From: a virus
Reading direction: 5' to 3' (one strand)
Length of the DNA stretch: 64,000 bases
IMG/VR virus record: IMGVR_UViG_3300038428_000280
Location: 21,161 to 85,160 of that record
Within the stretch, counting starts at the first letter, position 1, and the number at the start of each line of letters is the position of its first letter. Below the pieces are notes generated by a model that was not told where the DNA came from, searched no databases, and saw nothing but the letters and a program-made list of their open reading frames with translations. Made by a program: the position numbers and the translations under genes. Of the stretch, positions 35,731-46,666 are shown in pieces.

Positions 35731-36683
35731 AAATTTCCTATTTAATCACCGTTCACAATGAAACCGATACCTTAATCAAGCTTTTAGAACGATTGATAAA
35801 CAACAAGTTTGATGAAGATGAAATGGTTGTGCTGGATGATTTTTCAGACAATGCAGAAACGAAAAAAATTCTAACCCAAGCATCTGAAAAAATATCTATT
35901 TTCCAACACGCACTAAACAATGATTACGGTTCACATAAAAATTTTGGTAATTCCAAATGTTTAGGCGATTGGATCTTTCAAATCGACGCGGATGAATTAC
36001 CGTCTGAAACTTTGATTTTTAATATCAGAGATATTATATCGACGAATTTGAATGTTGAATTAATATACGTTTCAAGGATAAATGACTTTAAAGGTGTCAC
36101 GGATGCTCATGCTAAACAATGGGGATGGAAACTTACTCCATCACCATCTTGTAGTAACAGACCTATAGTAAATTGGCCGGATTATCAAAGCCGAATTTAT
36201 AAGAGGATTCCAGACAGAATAAAATGGGATAGAAGATTGCATGAAACCATTACTGGTCATAATGAATATGCGTTTCTACCTAAAGAAGAAGATTTAGCAT
36301 TATACCATGATAAAACTATAGAAAAACAGATAGAAACCAATTTAAAATATAACAAATTATTCACTTATGAAGAAAATATAGGCCATACAATTGGCGACTC
36401 TAAACCTAGAATATTGACGTTCTATTGGAATGTCAATGACTTAAAAGAATATGGCACTTTACCAAAAATAGGTGATATATTAAATAATCATTCATCGTGG
36501 AAAAGATTATGGGAAATGTATTTTAAACAAGATTTTATGAAAGAAAATGATGTATTCAAAGTAGTTGAAATTATAGACTTGAGAACTATATCAGAGGAAC
36601 AAATAAAAAATATACAAATGAAATACAATATCAATATAAATAAAAACATGACGCATCTTCTAAGAGTGACACAAAACAAATAA
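35727..36683 (+). CDS. GT-A (GT2) glycosyltransferase
   Basis: ISYLITVHNE, VLDDFSD, QIDADE, PDYQ.R, LHE. Confidence 0.85.
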   Translation: MKISYLITVHNETDTLIKLLERLINNKFDEDEMVVLDDFSDNAETKKILTQASEKISIFQHALNNDYGSHKNFGNSKCLGDWIFQIDADELPSETLIFNIRDIISTNLNVELIYVSRINDFKGVTDAHAKQWGWKLTPSPSCSNRPIVNWPDYQSRIYKRIPDRIKWDRRLHETITGHNEYAFLPKEEDLALYHDKTIEKQIETNLKYNKLFTYEENIGHTIGDSKPRILTFYWNVNDLKEYGTLPKIGDILNNHSSWKRLWEMYFKQDFMKENDVFKVVEIIDLRTISEEQIKNIQMKYNININKNMTHLLRVTQNK

Positions 36684-36684
36684 T

Positions 36685-37284
36685 ATGAGTGAATGGAAAA
36701 TTAAAAGGCAAGCCTACAGACCTTCGGTAAAACCGATTCAAAACAAGGAAAAAACGCTTAAGGAAATTTATGACGAGGTTTTGTTGTTGGGTTTTAACAC
36801 TGACAAGGGTACGACTCATAGTTATATAGACACTTATTCAACCTTGTTTGAACCTTATCGAAATGAACCAATCAATTTTTTGGAAATCGGAGCCGATTTT
36901 GGATATAGTCTTGCTTTATGGCGAGCCTATTTTGAAAAGGCAAACATTTATGGCATAGATAATAGGGATGTATTGCAATACGATGAGGATGTAAAAGTGA
37001 CATTTTATGATGCCAATGACGCATCCATCATAAACAAATTTTATTCTGACATAGAATTTGATATAGTCGTGGATGATGCAAGCCACGAAGTTAATTATCA
37101 AGCCATGCGATTTCCAATTTATTTTCCAAAAATAAAAAAGGGTGGCATCTATGTCATAGAGGATGTTCAAGCCTTGGATACGGAAGGTCAACTATTAAAA
37201 AATCTTGACCCTAGTGCAGAAATAATAGACCTTAGAAAAGTAAAAGACAGATATGATGATGTATTGGTGATATACAGGAAATAA
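36685..37284 (+). CDS. class I SAM methyltransferase (sugar O-methyltransferase-like)
   Basis: TDK...HSY...Y, LEIG..G.SL..W, FDIVVDDASH, GGIYVIED. Confidence 0.8.
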   Translation: MSEWKIKRQAYRPSVKPIQNKEKTLKEIYDEVLLLGFNTDKGTTHSYIDTYSTLFEPYRNEPINFLEIGADFGYSLALWRAYFEKANIYGIDNRDVLQYDEDVKVTFYDANDASIINKFYSDIEFDIVVDDASHEVNYQAMRFPIYFPKIKKGGIYVIEDVQALDTEGQLLKNLDPSAEIIDLRKVKDRYDDVLVIYRK

Positions 37285-37288
37285 ATTA

Positions 37289-38521
37289 ATGAAAGATTAC
37301 AAACAATTAGATAAATGCCCAATAAGTCATTCCAAAAAAAGTATCACTTACTTTGATTTTGGAATGATTCCCTTGGTGAATAATCTAAACGACACCCAAT
37401 CAGAGTCATTATCATGTCCAACTTATCCCTTAATTCTCAATTACTATCCCCAAAGTAAATTATCAATGTTGTCTGTAGCTATTGACCCAAAATTATTATT
37501 TGACCATTATGTTTACAAATCAGGCACAAACAAACCATACATCGAACATTGTAAAAACATGTATGATTATCTGTCAAAATTTGTCACTATCAGACATGAC
37601 GATACAGTTGTAGATATAGGTGGAAATGACGGAACACTTTTAAAAACATTTGTTGAAAAATCCAAGGTAAAAATCTCGCCCATTAACATTGACCCAAGTG
37701 AAAATTTAAGTGAGATAAGCAAAAATAATGGTATTTCTACCTTAACCAAAAGATGGACTTATGGTTTGGCAAGTTCACCCTCTTTTGCAAGACAATGCAA
37801 AGTAATCACATCCACCAATGTATTTCAACACGTTGAAGACATAGGCGATTTTGCTTCGGGTGTTCATAACGCATTGACCAATGACGGTGTATGGTGTTTG
37901 GAATTTCCATATTGGAAAAAAGATTTGGAAACCATTCAATATGACCAAGTATATCACGAACACATATACTATTATTTGTTGACGCCCCTTAATGACCTCT
38001 TTTCACAAAAAGGATTGGAAATTATAGATGTGTCCGAACAAACCATTCACTGTGGAAGTCTTAGAATCATCAGTAGAATCGGAAGAAACAGAATGCCCAA
38101 TCCTGCCGTGTCAAAATTCATAAAGGAAGAATTGATATTTGATGAGAATTTTTACACCAATTGGAGAGAAAAAGTCAAAACCCACATATTCGACAGCCGA
38201 ACAATGTTACTTGACCTTAAAAAATCAGGTAAGAAAATAGCCGCATTTGGTGCAGCCGCCAAAGGATGTCTTTTTTTAAACGCGACCAATATAAACCACA
38301 AAACCATAGATTACATTGTTGATGATACGGACACCAAACAAAATAAATTTATGCCGGGTGTGGGAATACAAATAGTTGATAGAAACCGACTAATCAAAGA
38401 CCCTCCTGATTACATCGTAATTCTTGCCCATAATTTTGCTGATTACATCACCGAATCTTTGCGGCCCATTTACAAGGGCAAGTTTATCAATATGTTTCCA
38501 CAACCGACAATTTATGAATAA
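37289..38521 (+). CDS. NDP-sugar C-methyltransferase
   Basis: VDIGGNDGTLL, NVFQH, YHEHIYY, GAAAKG, PDYIVILAHNF. Confidence 0.85.
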   Translation: MKDYKQLDKCPISHSKKSITYFDFGMIPLVNNLNDTQSESLSCPTYPLILNYYPQSKLSMLSVAIDPKLLFDHYVYKSGTNKPYIEHCKNMYDYLSKFVTIRHDDTVVDIGGNDGTLLKTFVEKSKVKISPINIDPSENLSEISKNNGISTLTKRWTYGLASSPSFARQCKVITSTNVFQHVEDIGDFASGVHNALTNDGVWCLEFPYWKKDLETIQYDQVYHEHIYYYLLTPLNDLFSQKGLEIIDVSEQTIHCGSLRIISRIGRNRMPNPAVSKFIKEELIFDENFYTNWREKVKTHIFDSRTMLLDLKKSGKKIAAFGAAAKGCLFLNATNINHKTIDYIVDDTDTKQNKFMPGVGIQIVDRNRLIKDPPDYIVILAHNFADYITESLRPIYKGKFINMFPQPTIYE

Positions 38522-39251
38522 AAGTTTGGTAGCCATTCTACATTACAATACCATAAGTTATACCGATGCGTTGTATGAAATGTTAAAACCATATGAACAT
38601 AATGATTATGATTTGGTTGTCATAAATAACGGTAGTGATGCAGGTAAAATAAGTAAATACACCACTTATAGTTCGGATATTAACACAGGTTACGGTGGTG
38701 GGCTGGATATGTCCCTGAAATTGTTTATTGACAGCCCGGAATATGATTCGTTCACTCTTTTAAATTCAGATTTGATTATTCACGGATACAATTTCATTAG
38801 CACGTTAAGAAAATTACTTTTCTCAAACGAAACTTTGATGCTTGTATCTCCATGTGTAATACAACCGATACCCAATCAATGTTTTTGGAAACAAATGCAC
38901 TGTTGGAATGCCACCGAATTGAGATATGTTCCATTTGTTGATTTTCAGTGTGCATTGATGAAAAGAAAATTGGCGGAAAAAATTGGCGAATTTGGAAGTC
39001 ATTATGGGTGGGTTCAGGATTTGATGACCGGCATTATTTGTGAGGATAACCAATGGAAAATCGCCGTTTGTGATTGGACACCAATTGTTCACATAGGAAA
39101 TGCTACCGTTAAGGAAAATCCCCATCTGTCAAATTACAATATATTAGCGCAACAAGAAATGGACCAATATTTTATTGACAGAAATCTTGTAGAACGGGCT
39201 AATCAACTAAAATTAAAATCCATAAATTACAATTATGCAACTCACACATAA
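38514..39251 (+). CDS. GT-A glycosyltransferase
   Basis: ILHYN, VINNGS, NTGYGGG, LNSD. Confidence 0.7.
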   Translation: MNKSLVAILHYNTISYTDALYEMLKPYEHNDYDLVVINNGSDAGKISKYTTYSSDINTGYGGGLDMSLKLFIDSPEYDSFTLLNSDLIIHGYNFISTLRKLLFSNETLMLVSPCVIQPIPNQCFWKQMHCWNATELRYVPFVDFQCALMKRKLAEKIGEFGSHYGWVQDLMTGIICEDNQWKIAVCDWTPIVHIGNATVKENPHLSNYNILAQQEMDQYFIDRNLVERANQLKLKSINYNYATHT

Positions 39252-40062
39252 AATAGTTCTATATTGTAAATCATTTAGTGGAGATGTCCACCGATGTAAA
39301 ATTCTTCTTGATTCTGTACTCAAGCACAACAAGGATAACATACCATTTTACATTTCGGTACCTTTGGAAGACATGCATTTGTTCAGTTCCATGTTCCCCA
39401 ATGAAGTGCCTATCATATGCGATAATGATATAATCAAAAATAATTTAGCTCAAAGTTGGAAAAATCAACAGATTGTCAAGATGATGTTTTGGAAAACGGG
39501 TCTTGCAGAAAATTATGTGGTGTTGGATTCTGATTCCTATTTCATTAAAGATTTCCACATGAAAGATTTTTTGGTTAATTACGAAACACCACTCGATGAT
39601 GCTATTCCATATACAGTAATGCACGAACAAAAAGACCTGTTTCAATGGACAGCAAAATACAAGGGCATTCTTGGCTTTGACCCACAACAATCATTTGCTG
39701 AATGTAGGCAACCAATCATGGATTTGTTTGACAGAAAGGGCAGACTCTATGATTTTGGGCCTGTACCTGTCATTTGGTCTTCAAAAGTTTGGCAAAGTTT
39801 GGAAGAAGAATATATTAAACCAAATAACTTGACTTTTGAGGGGATAATTAATACAATATCCAGCGAATTTACTTGGTATGGAGAATGGTTACTAATAAAA
39901 AAACCAATAGAACTATGGCCCATCGAACCCATGTTCAAAGTATTTCACTATAAATTGGAATACGAACAATTAAAAGCAATGGGATACACCGAAGAGCATT
40001 GGGCACAAAATTATTTGGGTGTAGTAATGCAATCTTCATCGGGATTACCAATTAAGTATTAA
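39235..40062 (+). CDS. DUF6492-like nucleotide-diphospho-sugar transferase
   Basis: W..QQIVK, VLDSD, SEF.WYG. Confidence 0.6.
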   Translation: MQLTHKIVLYCKSFSGDVHRCKILLDSVLKHNKDNIPFYISVPLEDMHLFSSMFPNEVPIICDNDIIKNNLAQSWKNQQIVKMMFWKTGLAENYVVLDSDSYFIKDFHMKDFLVNYETPLDDAIPYTVMHEQKDLFQWTAKYKGILGFDPQQSFAECRQPIMDLFDRKGRLYDFGPVPVIWSSKVWQSLEEEYIKPNNLTFEGIINTISSEFTWYGEWLLIKKPIELWPIEPMFKVFHYKLEYEQLKAMGYTEEHWAQNYLGVVMQSSSGLPIKY

Positions 40063-40067
40063 ATATT

Positions 40068-40241
40068 ATGGAAACAATTACAAGAAGTCGAACTTTAAAA
40101 TGCAAAAAATGTAAAGCAGAAAACGAATATTATGTTGTTGTTCGACCCGATGATTTTGTTCCTCTAAAAGTTTTTATATGTTGGTATTGTAAAGCAAAAA
40201 ATACAATCAATGCAGAAACAGGAGAATATTATACATCTTAA
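40068..40241 (+). CDS. small Zn-ribbon protein (57 aa, not in ORF track)
   Basis: CKKC...CWYC. Confidence 0.55.
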   Translation: METITRSRTLKCKKCKAENEYYVVVRPDDFVPLKVFICWYCKAKNTINAETGEYYTS

Positions 40242-40242
40242 T

Positions 40243-41112
40243 ATGGAAAATCCAATTACATTTTGTATATCAACATTCAACAATTTGAATTATCTCAAAT
40301 TGGCGGTTAAGTCTGTAAGGAAATACTCTTATTTCAAGAATGCTCCGTTTATTGTTTATTCAGAAAATTCCACGGATGGAACAAATGAATGGATTATAAA
40401 TGAAGGAAAAAACATTCATCACATTGAACCGTATATTGAAAACAACATAATTACCAAAGGTATCGGCGGCGGCATGAATTTTTGCGCCAATAAGGTGAAG
40501 ACCCCGTGGATTATGTTTCTTCATGCTGATTTCTTTGTATCAAAAGATTGGGATATAAATGCTTTAAGAATTGCTGACAAAAACGGCGACATTCCTATTT
40601 GGGTATCCAGCTATAGAATTCAACCAAACATCTTTCATGAAGAAAGCAGGCCGGGCACCCTCGTCGTTCCCCCGGAAGAATTTGGCGAATACTATCACAA
40701 CTTTGATGAAGAACATTTCATCAACTATGCAGAACAATTCTCAGCACTCAATGACACGGAAATAAGAAAGGGTGAAGGAGTGTCAGGATTGATAAGAAAA
40801 AGAGATTGGGATGCGGTGGGAGGAAATGATGATTTGTTTGCTCCTGCTTATTATGAAGATTATGACCTGTTTGTTCGTATGCAGTTAGCAGGGTATAAAT
40901 TCGTGTTAACTGCTAGGTCGGTGGTCTATCATTTTGGTTCAAGGGCTAGCAGATTTCCGGATGACAATTTAACTCAAAGAAAACCGGAACTAGCCAACCA
41001 TGAAAGAAACGGATTTCAAAAATGGATGAAAAAATGGGGCCAACCACCACAATTCGATAATGAAGGATTTATCATTCCAATTCAAGGAACAAACAATCCT
41101 ATAAAAGTATAA
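40243..41112 (+). CDS. GT2 glycosyltransferase
   Basis: STFNN, STDGT, HAD, GGND..F...YED.DL..R, VYHFGS. Confidence 0.85.
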   Translation: MENPITFCISTFNNLNYLKLAVKSVRKYSYFKNAPFIVYSENSTDGTNEWIINEGKNIHHIEPYIENNIITKGIGGGMNFCANKVKTPWIMFLHADFFVSKDWDINALRIADKNGDIPIWVSSYRIQPNIFHEESRPGTLVVPPEEFGEYYHNFDEEHFINYAEQFSALNDTEIRKGEGVSGLIRKRDWDAVGGNDDLFAPAYYEDYDLFVRMQLAGYKFVLTARSVVYHFGSRASRFPDDNLTQRKPELANHERNGFQKWMKKWGQPPQFDNEGFIIPIQGTNNPIKV

Positions 41113-41117
41113 AATAC

Positions 41118-42461
41118 ATGCCGATTGTAAATTTCATAAGATTAAACGAACCTTGGCGTGCCGACCCTTATTCGGACCCCAACTTGGGTATGCTTTATGT
41201 CATTGCTACCATGAGAAATCTTAAAATAAACGGTGAGCCTGTTCACGTTACTTTTACCGATATGGCGCATGAAAAGGAAATTTCATCTGCTGATGTGTTT
41301 GCACTATCTTCCTGTACTTTGGATTATCCTGAAACTGTCAGGATTGCTCAACGGATAAAAGACACATACAATAAACCCATTATTGTTGGTGGTCCACATT
41401 TTGATGCGATTTCTGAAATTGATTGGAAACAGGAATTGCCGAATATTCCAATCAATTACATTTGCCGGGGTGAAGGAGAAACCACCATTGAAGAAGCATT
41501 ACAAAAGTCCCTGTCCAACCCCACGGAAAAGGCTATCATTACACAAAAAGTTCCGTTACTTGATTTGGACACCGTTCCATTACCGGCAATAGATGTCTTG
41601 GATAAGGAAAAATATTTTAAGGAAGGTAGAGCCTTTGCCGGTAATATATTTAAAAAAGGAAATTCTGCCACAATGATGACAAGTCGGGGATGCCCATTTT
41701 TATGCAGTTTTTGCGCTTCTCCAGCACTGCACCATAAACGAGTCAGATTTAGAACCATAGAAAATATCAGAATGGAATTGGAGCTTCTTCAAAGAGATTA
41801 CAATGTAACAGAAATCAGGTTTCAAGATGATTGTTTTACCATCAATGACAGACGCTTTGAAGAGTTGACAGATTTATTGGAACACTCTCAAATTAATTAC
41901 CGCTGCTCGATGAGAGTGGACCAAGTGGAGGACAAAACCCTTAAAAATTTATGGCGTGGTGGTTGCAGGGAAGTGGGATTTGGCATAGAATCAGCCGAAG
42001 ACCATGTATTAAAACTCTTGAACAAAAAAACCACGGTGGATTTAAACCGCAAAGGAATTTTTAAAACCAAAGAAGCAGGATTTCGAACAAGAGCTTTTAT
42101 GATGACAGGACTTCCGGGCGAAACAAAAGATTCAGCCAAAGCAATGATCGATTTTCTTGAAGAAACCCAACCGGACGTGGTAACACTCACGTCATTCATG
42201 CCCTTGCCGGGTTCAGACATATACAACCATCCTGAAAAATATGGTGTTACCATTTTGGATAGAGATTGGAAAAACTATGATATTTCCATAAAATGGCAAT
42301 CTCAGGTTCCTTTTGTTCATAGAATTTCCACTGCAACCATTGAAGAAATGGAAGTCAACCGCGAATTGTTAAAGGAATATCTTTTCAATAAAAAGAAATC
42401 CAACATTTCCACCTACAACAAAGAATACACATCTGATGTATTACACAAACATACCTTATGA
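41118..42461 (+). CDS. B12-binding radical SAM enzyme (class B methylase-like)
   Basis: VGGPH, GEGE, SRGCPFLCSFC (CxxxCxxC), DDCF, GIES, GLPGET. Confidence 0.88.
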   Translation: MPIVNFIRLNEPWRADPYSDPNLGMLYVIATMRNLKINGEPVHVTFTDMAHEKEISSADVFALSSCTLDYPETVRIAQRIKDTYNKPIIVGGPHFDAISEIDWKQELPNIPINYICRGEGETTIEEALQKSLSNPTEKAIITQKVPLLDLDTVPLPAIDVLDKEKYFKEGRAFAGNIFKKGNSATMMTSRGCPFLCSFCASPALHHKRVRFRTIENIRMELELLQRDYNVTEIRFQDDCFTINDRRFEELTDLLEHSQINYRCSMRVDQVEDKTLKNLWRGGCREVGFGIESAEDHVLKLLNKKTTVDLNRKGIFKTKEAGFRTRAFMMTGLPGETKDSAKAMIDFLEETQPDVVTLTSFMPLPGSDIYNHPEKYGVTILDRDWKNYDISIKWQSQVPFVHRISTATIEEMEVNRELLKEYLFNKKKSNISTYNKEYTSDVLHKHTL

Positions 42462-43474
42462 AAGCCGTCATACTTGAAAAAATCAATGCACCTCTTATAG
42501 TTGATGAAGTCGAATTAACTCCTCTTGAAGTGGGACAAGTTTTGGTTAAAGTCCTTACAAGCGGATTATGTGGTTCTCAATTGCTTGAAATTGGTGGACA
42601 CAAAGGCAATGCCAAATTCGTTCCTCATTTAATGGGACATGAAGGTTGTGGTGAAGTGGTGGAAATTGGTGCAGGTGTGACTAGAATGAAACCGGGTGAT
42701 AGGGTAGTCATGCATTGGATGAAAACAGAGGGAATAGAATCCAATTTTCCACATTACAAATATAAAGATAAATTAATCTCAAGTGGTAAAGTAACCACCT
42801 TGAATGAATATTCAATAGTATCAGAAAATCGATTGACTGTTGTTCCTTCCGATACGCCTCCTGAATTGTGTTCCCTGCTTGGTTGTTGCCTTACAACCGC
42901 TTTGGGCACCATTACCAACGAAGCCAATATCAAAATGGGCGAAAGTGTGATGATTATTGGTTGTGGCGGGGTCGGTTTAAACCTAATCATGGGCACCAAG
43001 CTGCACAACGCGTATCCTATTTTAGCAGTGGATATTTTTGACAATAAAAAAGATTTGGCTTTGGAAATGGGTGCTACCAAATTTGTAAATGCTAGAACCG
43101 AACCCATGTTAACTGAAAAATTTGATGTTATTATGGATACCACAGGCAATACCGATGTTATTGCTATAACAATGGAAATGTTAGCAGATAGTGGAAGATA
43201 TATTTTGGTTGGTCAATCCTCACCCTCCGATTGTCTTCATGTTCCAAACTATTGTCATTTATTTGGAGGTACAGGAAAGACCATAAAAGCTTCTCAAGGT
43301 GGAAGGACCAACCCAGCTACCGATATTCCACGTTATATAAAATTAGCAAAAAGTGGTATAATAAATGTGAATAAAATGATAACAAATATTTTACCATTAG
43401 AAGATATCAATAAAGCAGTTGAATTGGTAAAACAGGGAAAATCAGGAAGAATTATAATCAACATATGGAAATAA
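42458..43474 (+). CDS. zinc-dependent alcohol dehydrogenase (MDR family)
   Basis: GLCGS, GHEGCG, GCGGVG. Confidence 0.88.
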   Translation: MKAVILEKINAPLIVDEVELTPLEVGQVLVKVLTSGLCGSQLLEIGGHKGNAKFVPHLMGHEGCGEVVEIGAGVTRMKPGDRVVMHWMKTEGIESNFPHYKYKDKLISSGKVTTLNEYSIVSENRLTVVPSDTPPELCSLLGCCLTTALGTITNEANIKMGESVMIIGCGGVGLNLIMGTKLHNAYPILAVDIFDNKKDLALEMGATKFVNARTEPMLTEKFDVIMDTTGNTDVIAITMEMLADSGRYILVGQSSPSDCLHVPNYCHLFGGTGKTIKASQGGRTNPATDIPRYIKLAKSGIINVNKMITNILPLEDINKAVELVKQGKSGRIIINIWK

Positions 43475-44031
43475 AAAAAATCAAAAACGAAGACCCAAGA
43501 AATGCTTGGCCTGAAGAATACATACGTGTTAAAGACAAAGTGGTTTTAGATTTAGGCTGTGGGTTCTTTGGTCTGACTAATACATTTAAAAGTGGAACTA
43601 TGCAATGGGCAAACATTAAATTACCTGATATGATTTCTACATCCGAATATTTTTTAAATTTAGGCGCTAAAATGGTAATCGGAGTTGACAGCAATTCATC
43701 TGATATTGAATATTTAATCAACACTATTGGAAACACAAACAGGTCTTTATTTTTCGGAGAAGAAATAAGGTCTCCACAAAAAATAGAAGAATTAATTAAT
43801 AAATATAATATTGAAATAATAAAATCAGATATTGAAGGTCAGGAAAGCAATTTATTAGGCATGAATGATAATGTTTTTAAATCGATAAAAGAGTATTATG
43901 TTGAAACACATACGTCATCTGTTCATGAAGAATTTTTAAAAAAATTCAATATATTTAATTATAATATTAGAGAAATTATGGCTGTAGGTGATGCTGCCTC
44001 TCCACTCGTCATTTTTGCATATCAAAAATAA
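43465..44031 (+). CDS. FkbM-like methyltransferase
   Basis: VLDLGCG, KSDIEGQE, VETH. Confidence 0.6.
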   Translation: MEIKKIKNEDPRNAWPEEYIRVKDKVVLDLGCGFFGLTNTFKSGTMQWANIKLPDMISTSEYFLNLGAKMVIGVDSNSSDIEYLINTIGNTNRSLFFGEEIRSPQKIEELINKYNIEIIKSDIEGQESNLLGMNDNVFKSIKEYYVETHTSSVHEEFLKKFNIFNYNIREIMAVGDAASPLVIFAYQK

Positions 44032-44035
44032 AGTT

Positions 44036-45232
44036 ATGACTAAACAAGAATTAATAGATTTCAGTGATAATATTATTCGCATCTATAAAGAGAAAAATCT
44101 AAGAGTTACCTTTCATTTGTCAGGAGGTAACGAAGACCAACTTCTGAACGTTTTCAAAGACATTAAAGAGGGAGATTATGTTTTTTCCACACACCGAAAC
44201 CATTATCATGCATTACTTCACGGAATTCCAGCAAAGGAATTGACAGAAAAAATTGTTGAAGGAAGAAGCATGTATATCTTTGATAGAAATCGTAATTTTT
44301 TCACTTCAGCAATTATAGGAGGAATGGTAGCCATAGCGGCTGGAGTCGCATTAGCCTTGAAAAGAAAGGGGTCAACACAAAAAGTATGGTGTTTTGTTGG
44401 CGATGGAACAGAAGATAATGGACATTTGTTTGAAGCGGCTCGCTATGTTGATGGCTGGGATTTACCATGCACATTTATATTGGAAGATAACAATTATTCC
44501 GTAAGCACTTCACGAAAAGAACGGTGGGGAACTTCAGTTCCTCCTGTTCTTCCAAAATGTGTAAAACGATATCACTATGATTCAAAATGGCCGCATATTA
44601 GAGTTGATGGCATGTTAGATTTCAGTAAATCCAAAGCTCCAACAAACGAAGAATTATTTCCTTCGTTGCCGCTAGAACCACTTCCAAATTTTGACCATTT
44701 ATTGTCAGAGAATATATCCTTTAAAAATGCCGTGTCAAAATCTATGGTGAACATATCTAACAACAATGGTGTTTTCATAGGTTATGGTGTCAAAAACATA
44801 AAATACGGAAATGCTATGGGGGTTTTGGAACCAATATCAGACGATTTGAAAATAGAAACCCCTGTTGCTGAAAATTTAATGGCTGGCTTGGCTATGGGGA
44901 TGTCTTTTGAAGGATTTAGACCTGTCATCTACTATGAACGCCATGATTTTATGTTGGTTGCTGCAGATGCTATAGGCAATCATATGAATCACATAGAAAG
45001 AATTTCTCATGGAGAATACAAGGTTCCTGTTATTATGAGAACCATAGTCACAGATGGTGGTCTATTTTATGCAGGCCCGACACACTCACAAAACTTTACA
45101 AATGTATTCAAGACATTGGTGGATTTTCCAATTTATGTTCCATCCACAGGTGGTGAAGTGCTCAAATCTTACAATTTAGCTCTAGCATCAAATAGACCAT
45201 CCATGATTGTAGAAAAGAAAAGCTTGTATTAA
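44036..45232 (+). CDS. fused TPP-dependent E1 alpha/beta (transketolase/dehydrogenase-like) enzyme
   Basis: THRNHYH, GDG...EDNN TPP motif, ETPVAE...G.A.G...EG.RP, GPTHSQ. Confidence 0.8.
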   Translation: MTKQELIDFSDNIIRIYKEKNLRVTFHLSGGNEDQLLNVFKDIKEGDYVFSTHRNHYHALLHGIPAKELTEKIVEGRSMYIFDRNRNFFTSAIIGGMVAIAAGVALALKRKGSTQKVWCFVGDGTEDNGHLFEAARYVDGWDLPCTFILEDNNYSVSTSRKERWGTSVPPVLPKCVKRYHYDSKWPHIRVDGMLDFSKSKAPTNEELFPSLPLEPLPNFDHLLSENISFKNAVSKSMVNISNNNGVFIGYGVKNIKYGNAMGVLEPISDDLKIETPVAENLMAGLAMGMSFEGFRPVIYYERHDFMLVAADAIGNHMNHIERISHGEYKVPVIMRTIVTDGGLFYAGPTHSQNFTNVFKTLVDFPIYVPSTGGEVLKSYNLALASNRPSMIVEKKSLY

Positions 45233-45233
45233 T

Positions 45234-45968
45234 ATGGATAAAAAAATTTTAGTCATAGGTGACAGTTGCAGAGACATTTTCATTTATTGTGAAGCTGAAC
45301 GTCTATGTCCTGATATTCCTGTACCTGTTTTAAACATCATCGACCAAACAGAAAACGCAGGAATGGCAAAAAATGTGCAAAGAAATATTCAAAGCTTAAT
45401 CAAAGAATGTGACATAGTAACCAACTATAATTGGTATGATATTACCAAGACACGTTACATGCATAAAAGAACAAATCACATGTTCTTTCGCATCGATGCA
45501 AATCAACATGAAGTTCCTAGAATCAATATCAAAAACTTGAATTTGGATTATAAAATTGTAGTGGTATCCGATTATAACAAGGGATTTTTAACTGAAGAAG
45601 ATATTGAATATATTTGTTCTTCTCATTCCGCGGTATTTTTGGATACTAAAAAGAATGTAGGTTCATTTGCTAACAAGGCTCTTTACATAAAAATCAATCA
45701 TCATGAGTATAAATGTTCCGAACCAACTCTTACCAAAAAACTAGCGAATAAAATAATTGTCACAGAAGGAGATAAAGGTTGCCTATTTAGAGAAAAAATG
45801 TATCCTGTTAAAAAAGTTCAAGTATGGGATTTGTCAGGAGCCGGTGATAGTTTCATGGCAGGTTTGGTATGTAAGTATTATGAAACCAATGATATTGAAA
45901 CATCTATAATATTTGCCAATAAATGCGCATCAAAAGTTGTTCAAGAAAGAGGCGTAAGCATAATATGA
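45234..45968 (+). CDS. PfkB/HldE-like sugar-phosphate kinase
   Basis: VIGD..D, P..PVPV, SDYNKG, DLSGAGDSF. Confidence 0.8.
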   Translation: MDKKILVIGDSCRDIFIYCEAERLCPDIPVPVLNIIDQTENAGMAKNVQRNIQSLIKECDIVTNYNWYDITKTRYMHKRTNHMFFRIDANQHEVPRINIKNLNLDYKIVVVSDYNKGFLTEEDIEYICSSHSAVFLDTKKNVGSFANKALYIKINHHEYKCSEPTLTKKLANKIIVTEGDKGCLFREKMYPVKKVQVWDLSGAGDSFMAGLVCKYYETNDIETSIIFANKCASKVVQERGVSII

Positions 45969-46666
45969 AAAAATTAGACTTGAAAAACGTTAAACCAACA
46001 ATAAAAGGCAACGCGGAAAAGAATAAGGATTCTCTTATACAGCATATTTTTGATTGCATAGGCACCACCAATAAATGTTATGCAGAAGTTGGCGCGGGCG
46101 ATGGGATTAATAATTCCACAGTTTGGTATCTTAGGGAACACTGTGGCTGGCATGGTATTTTACTTGATATGGCTTTTAACAATCCCAACATCAATTTATA
46201 TCAAGCGGAACTCACCAAAGATAATATCTGTCCCGTTTTTAAACAATGCCATATACCTAAAATGTTTGACTTATTATCCATTGACCTTGATAGTAATGAT
46301 TATTGGATACTAGCAGAATTATTAAAAGAATACAAACCGAGAGTAATAATAGCTGAAACCAATGTACGATTCGATACTTATGAAAAGTTAGCAAGAAAGT
46401 ATGAACAGCCGTATGGTAATAATACAAATGGTTGGTGGGGAACAAGTCCTTATTGCTACAAACTTTTGGGAGAAAAATATGGCTATACTTCAGTTTATAT
46501 CAATGAGGACGATATTTTTTTAATACAATCTGATTGCTTACATTCTGACGATAGAAAGATTTCTTGGCCATTGGTTCATACCGGTCCAAATTTTGAACCA
46601 TATGAGAAAGCAGGATGGCACAATCGTAATTATGAAACCGACAAATGGGTTATTCCTGAATTATAA
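45965..46666 (+). CDS. FkbM-like methyltransferase
   Basis: EVGAGDG..N, W.GIL.D, DLLSIDLDSNDYW, PRVII.E.N. Confidence 0.7.
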   Translation: MKKLDLKNVKPTIKGNAEKNKDSLIQHIFDCIGTTNKCYAEVGAGDGINNSTVWYLREHCGWHGILLDMAFNNPNINLYQAELTKDNICPVFKQCHIPKMFDLLSIDLDSNDYWILAELLKEYKPRVIIAETNVRFDTYEKLARKYEQPYGNNTNGWWGTSPYCYKLLGEKYGYTSVYINEDDIFLIQSDCLHSDDRKISWPLVHTGPNFEPYEKAGWHNRNYETDKWVIPEL

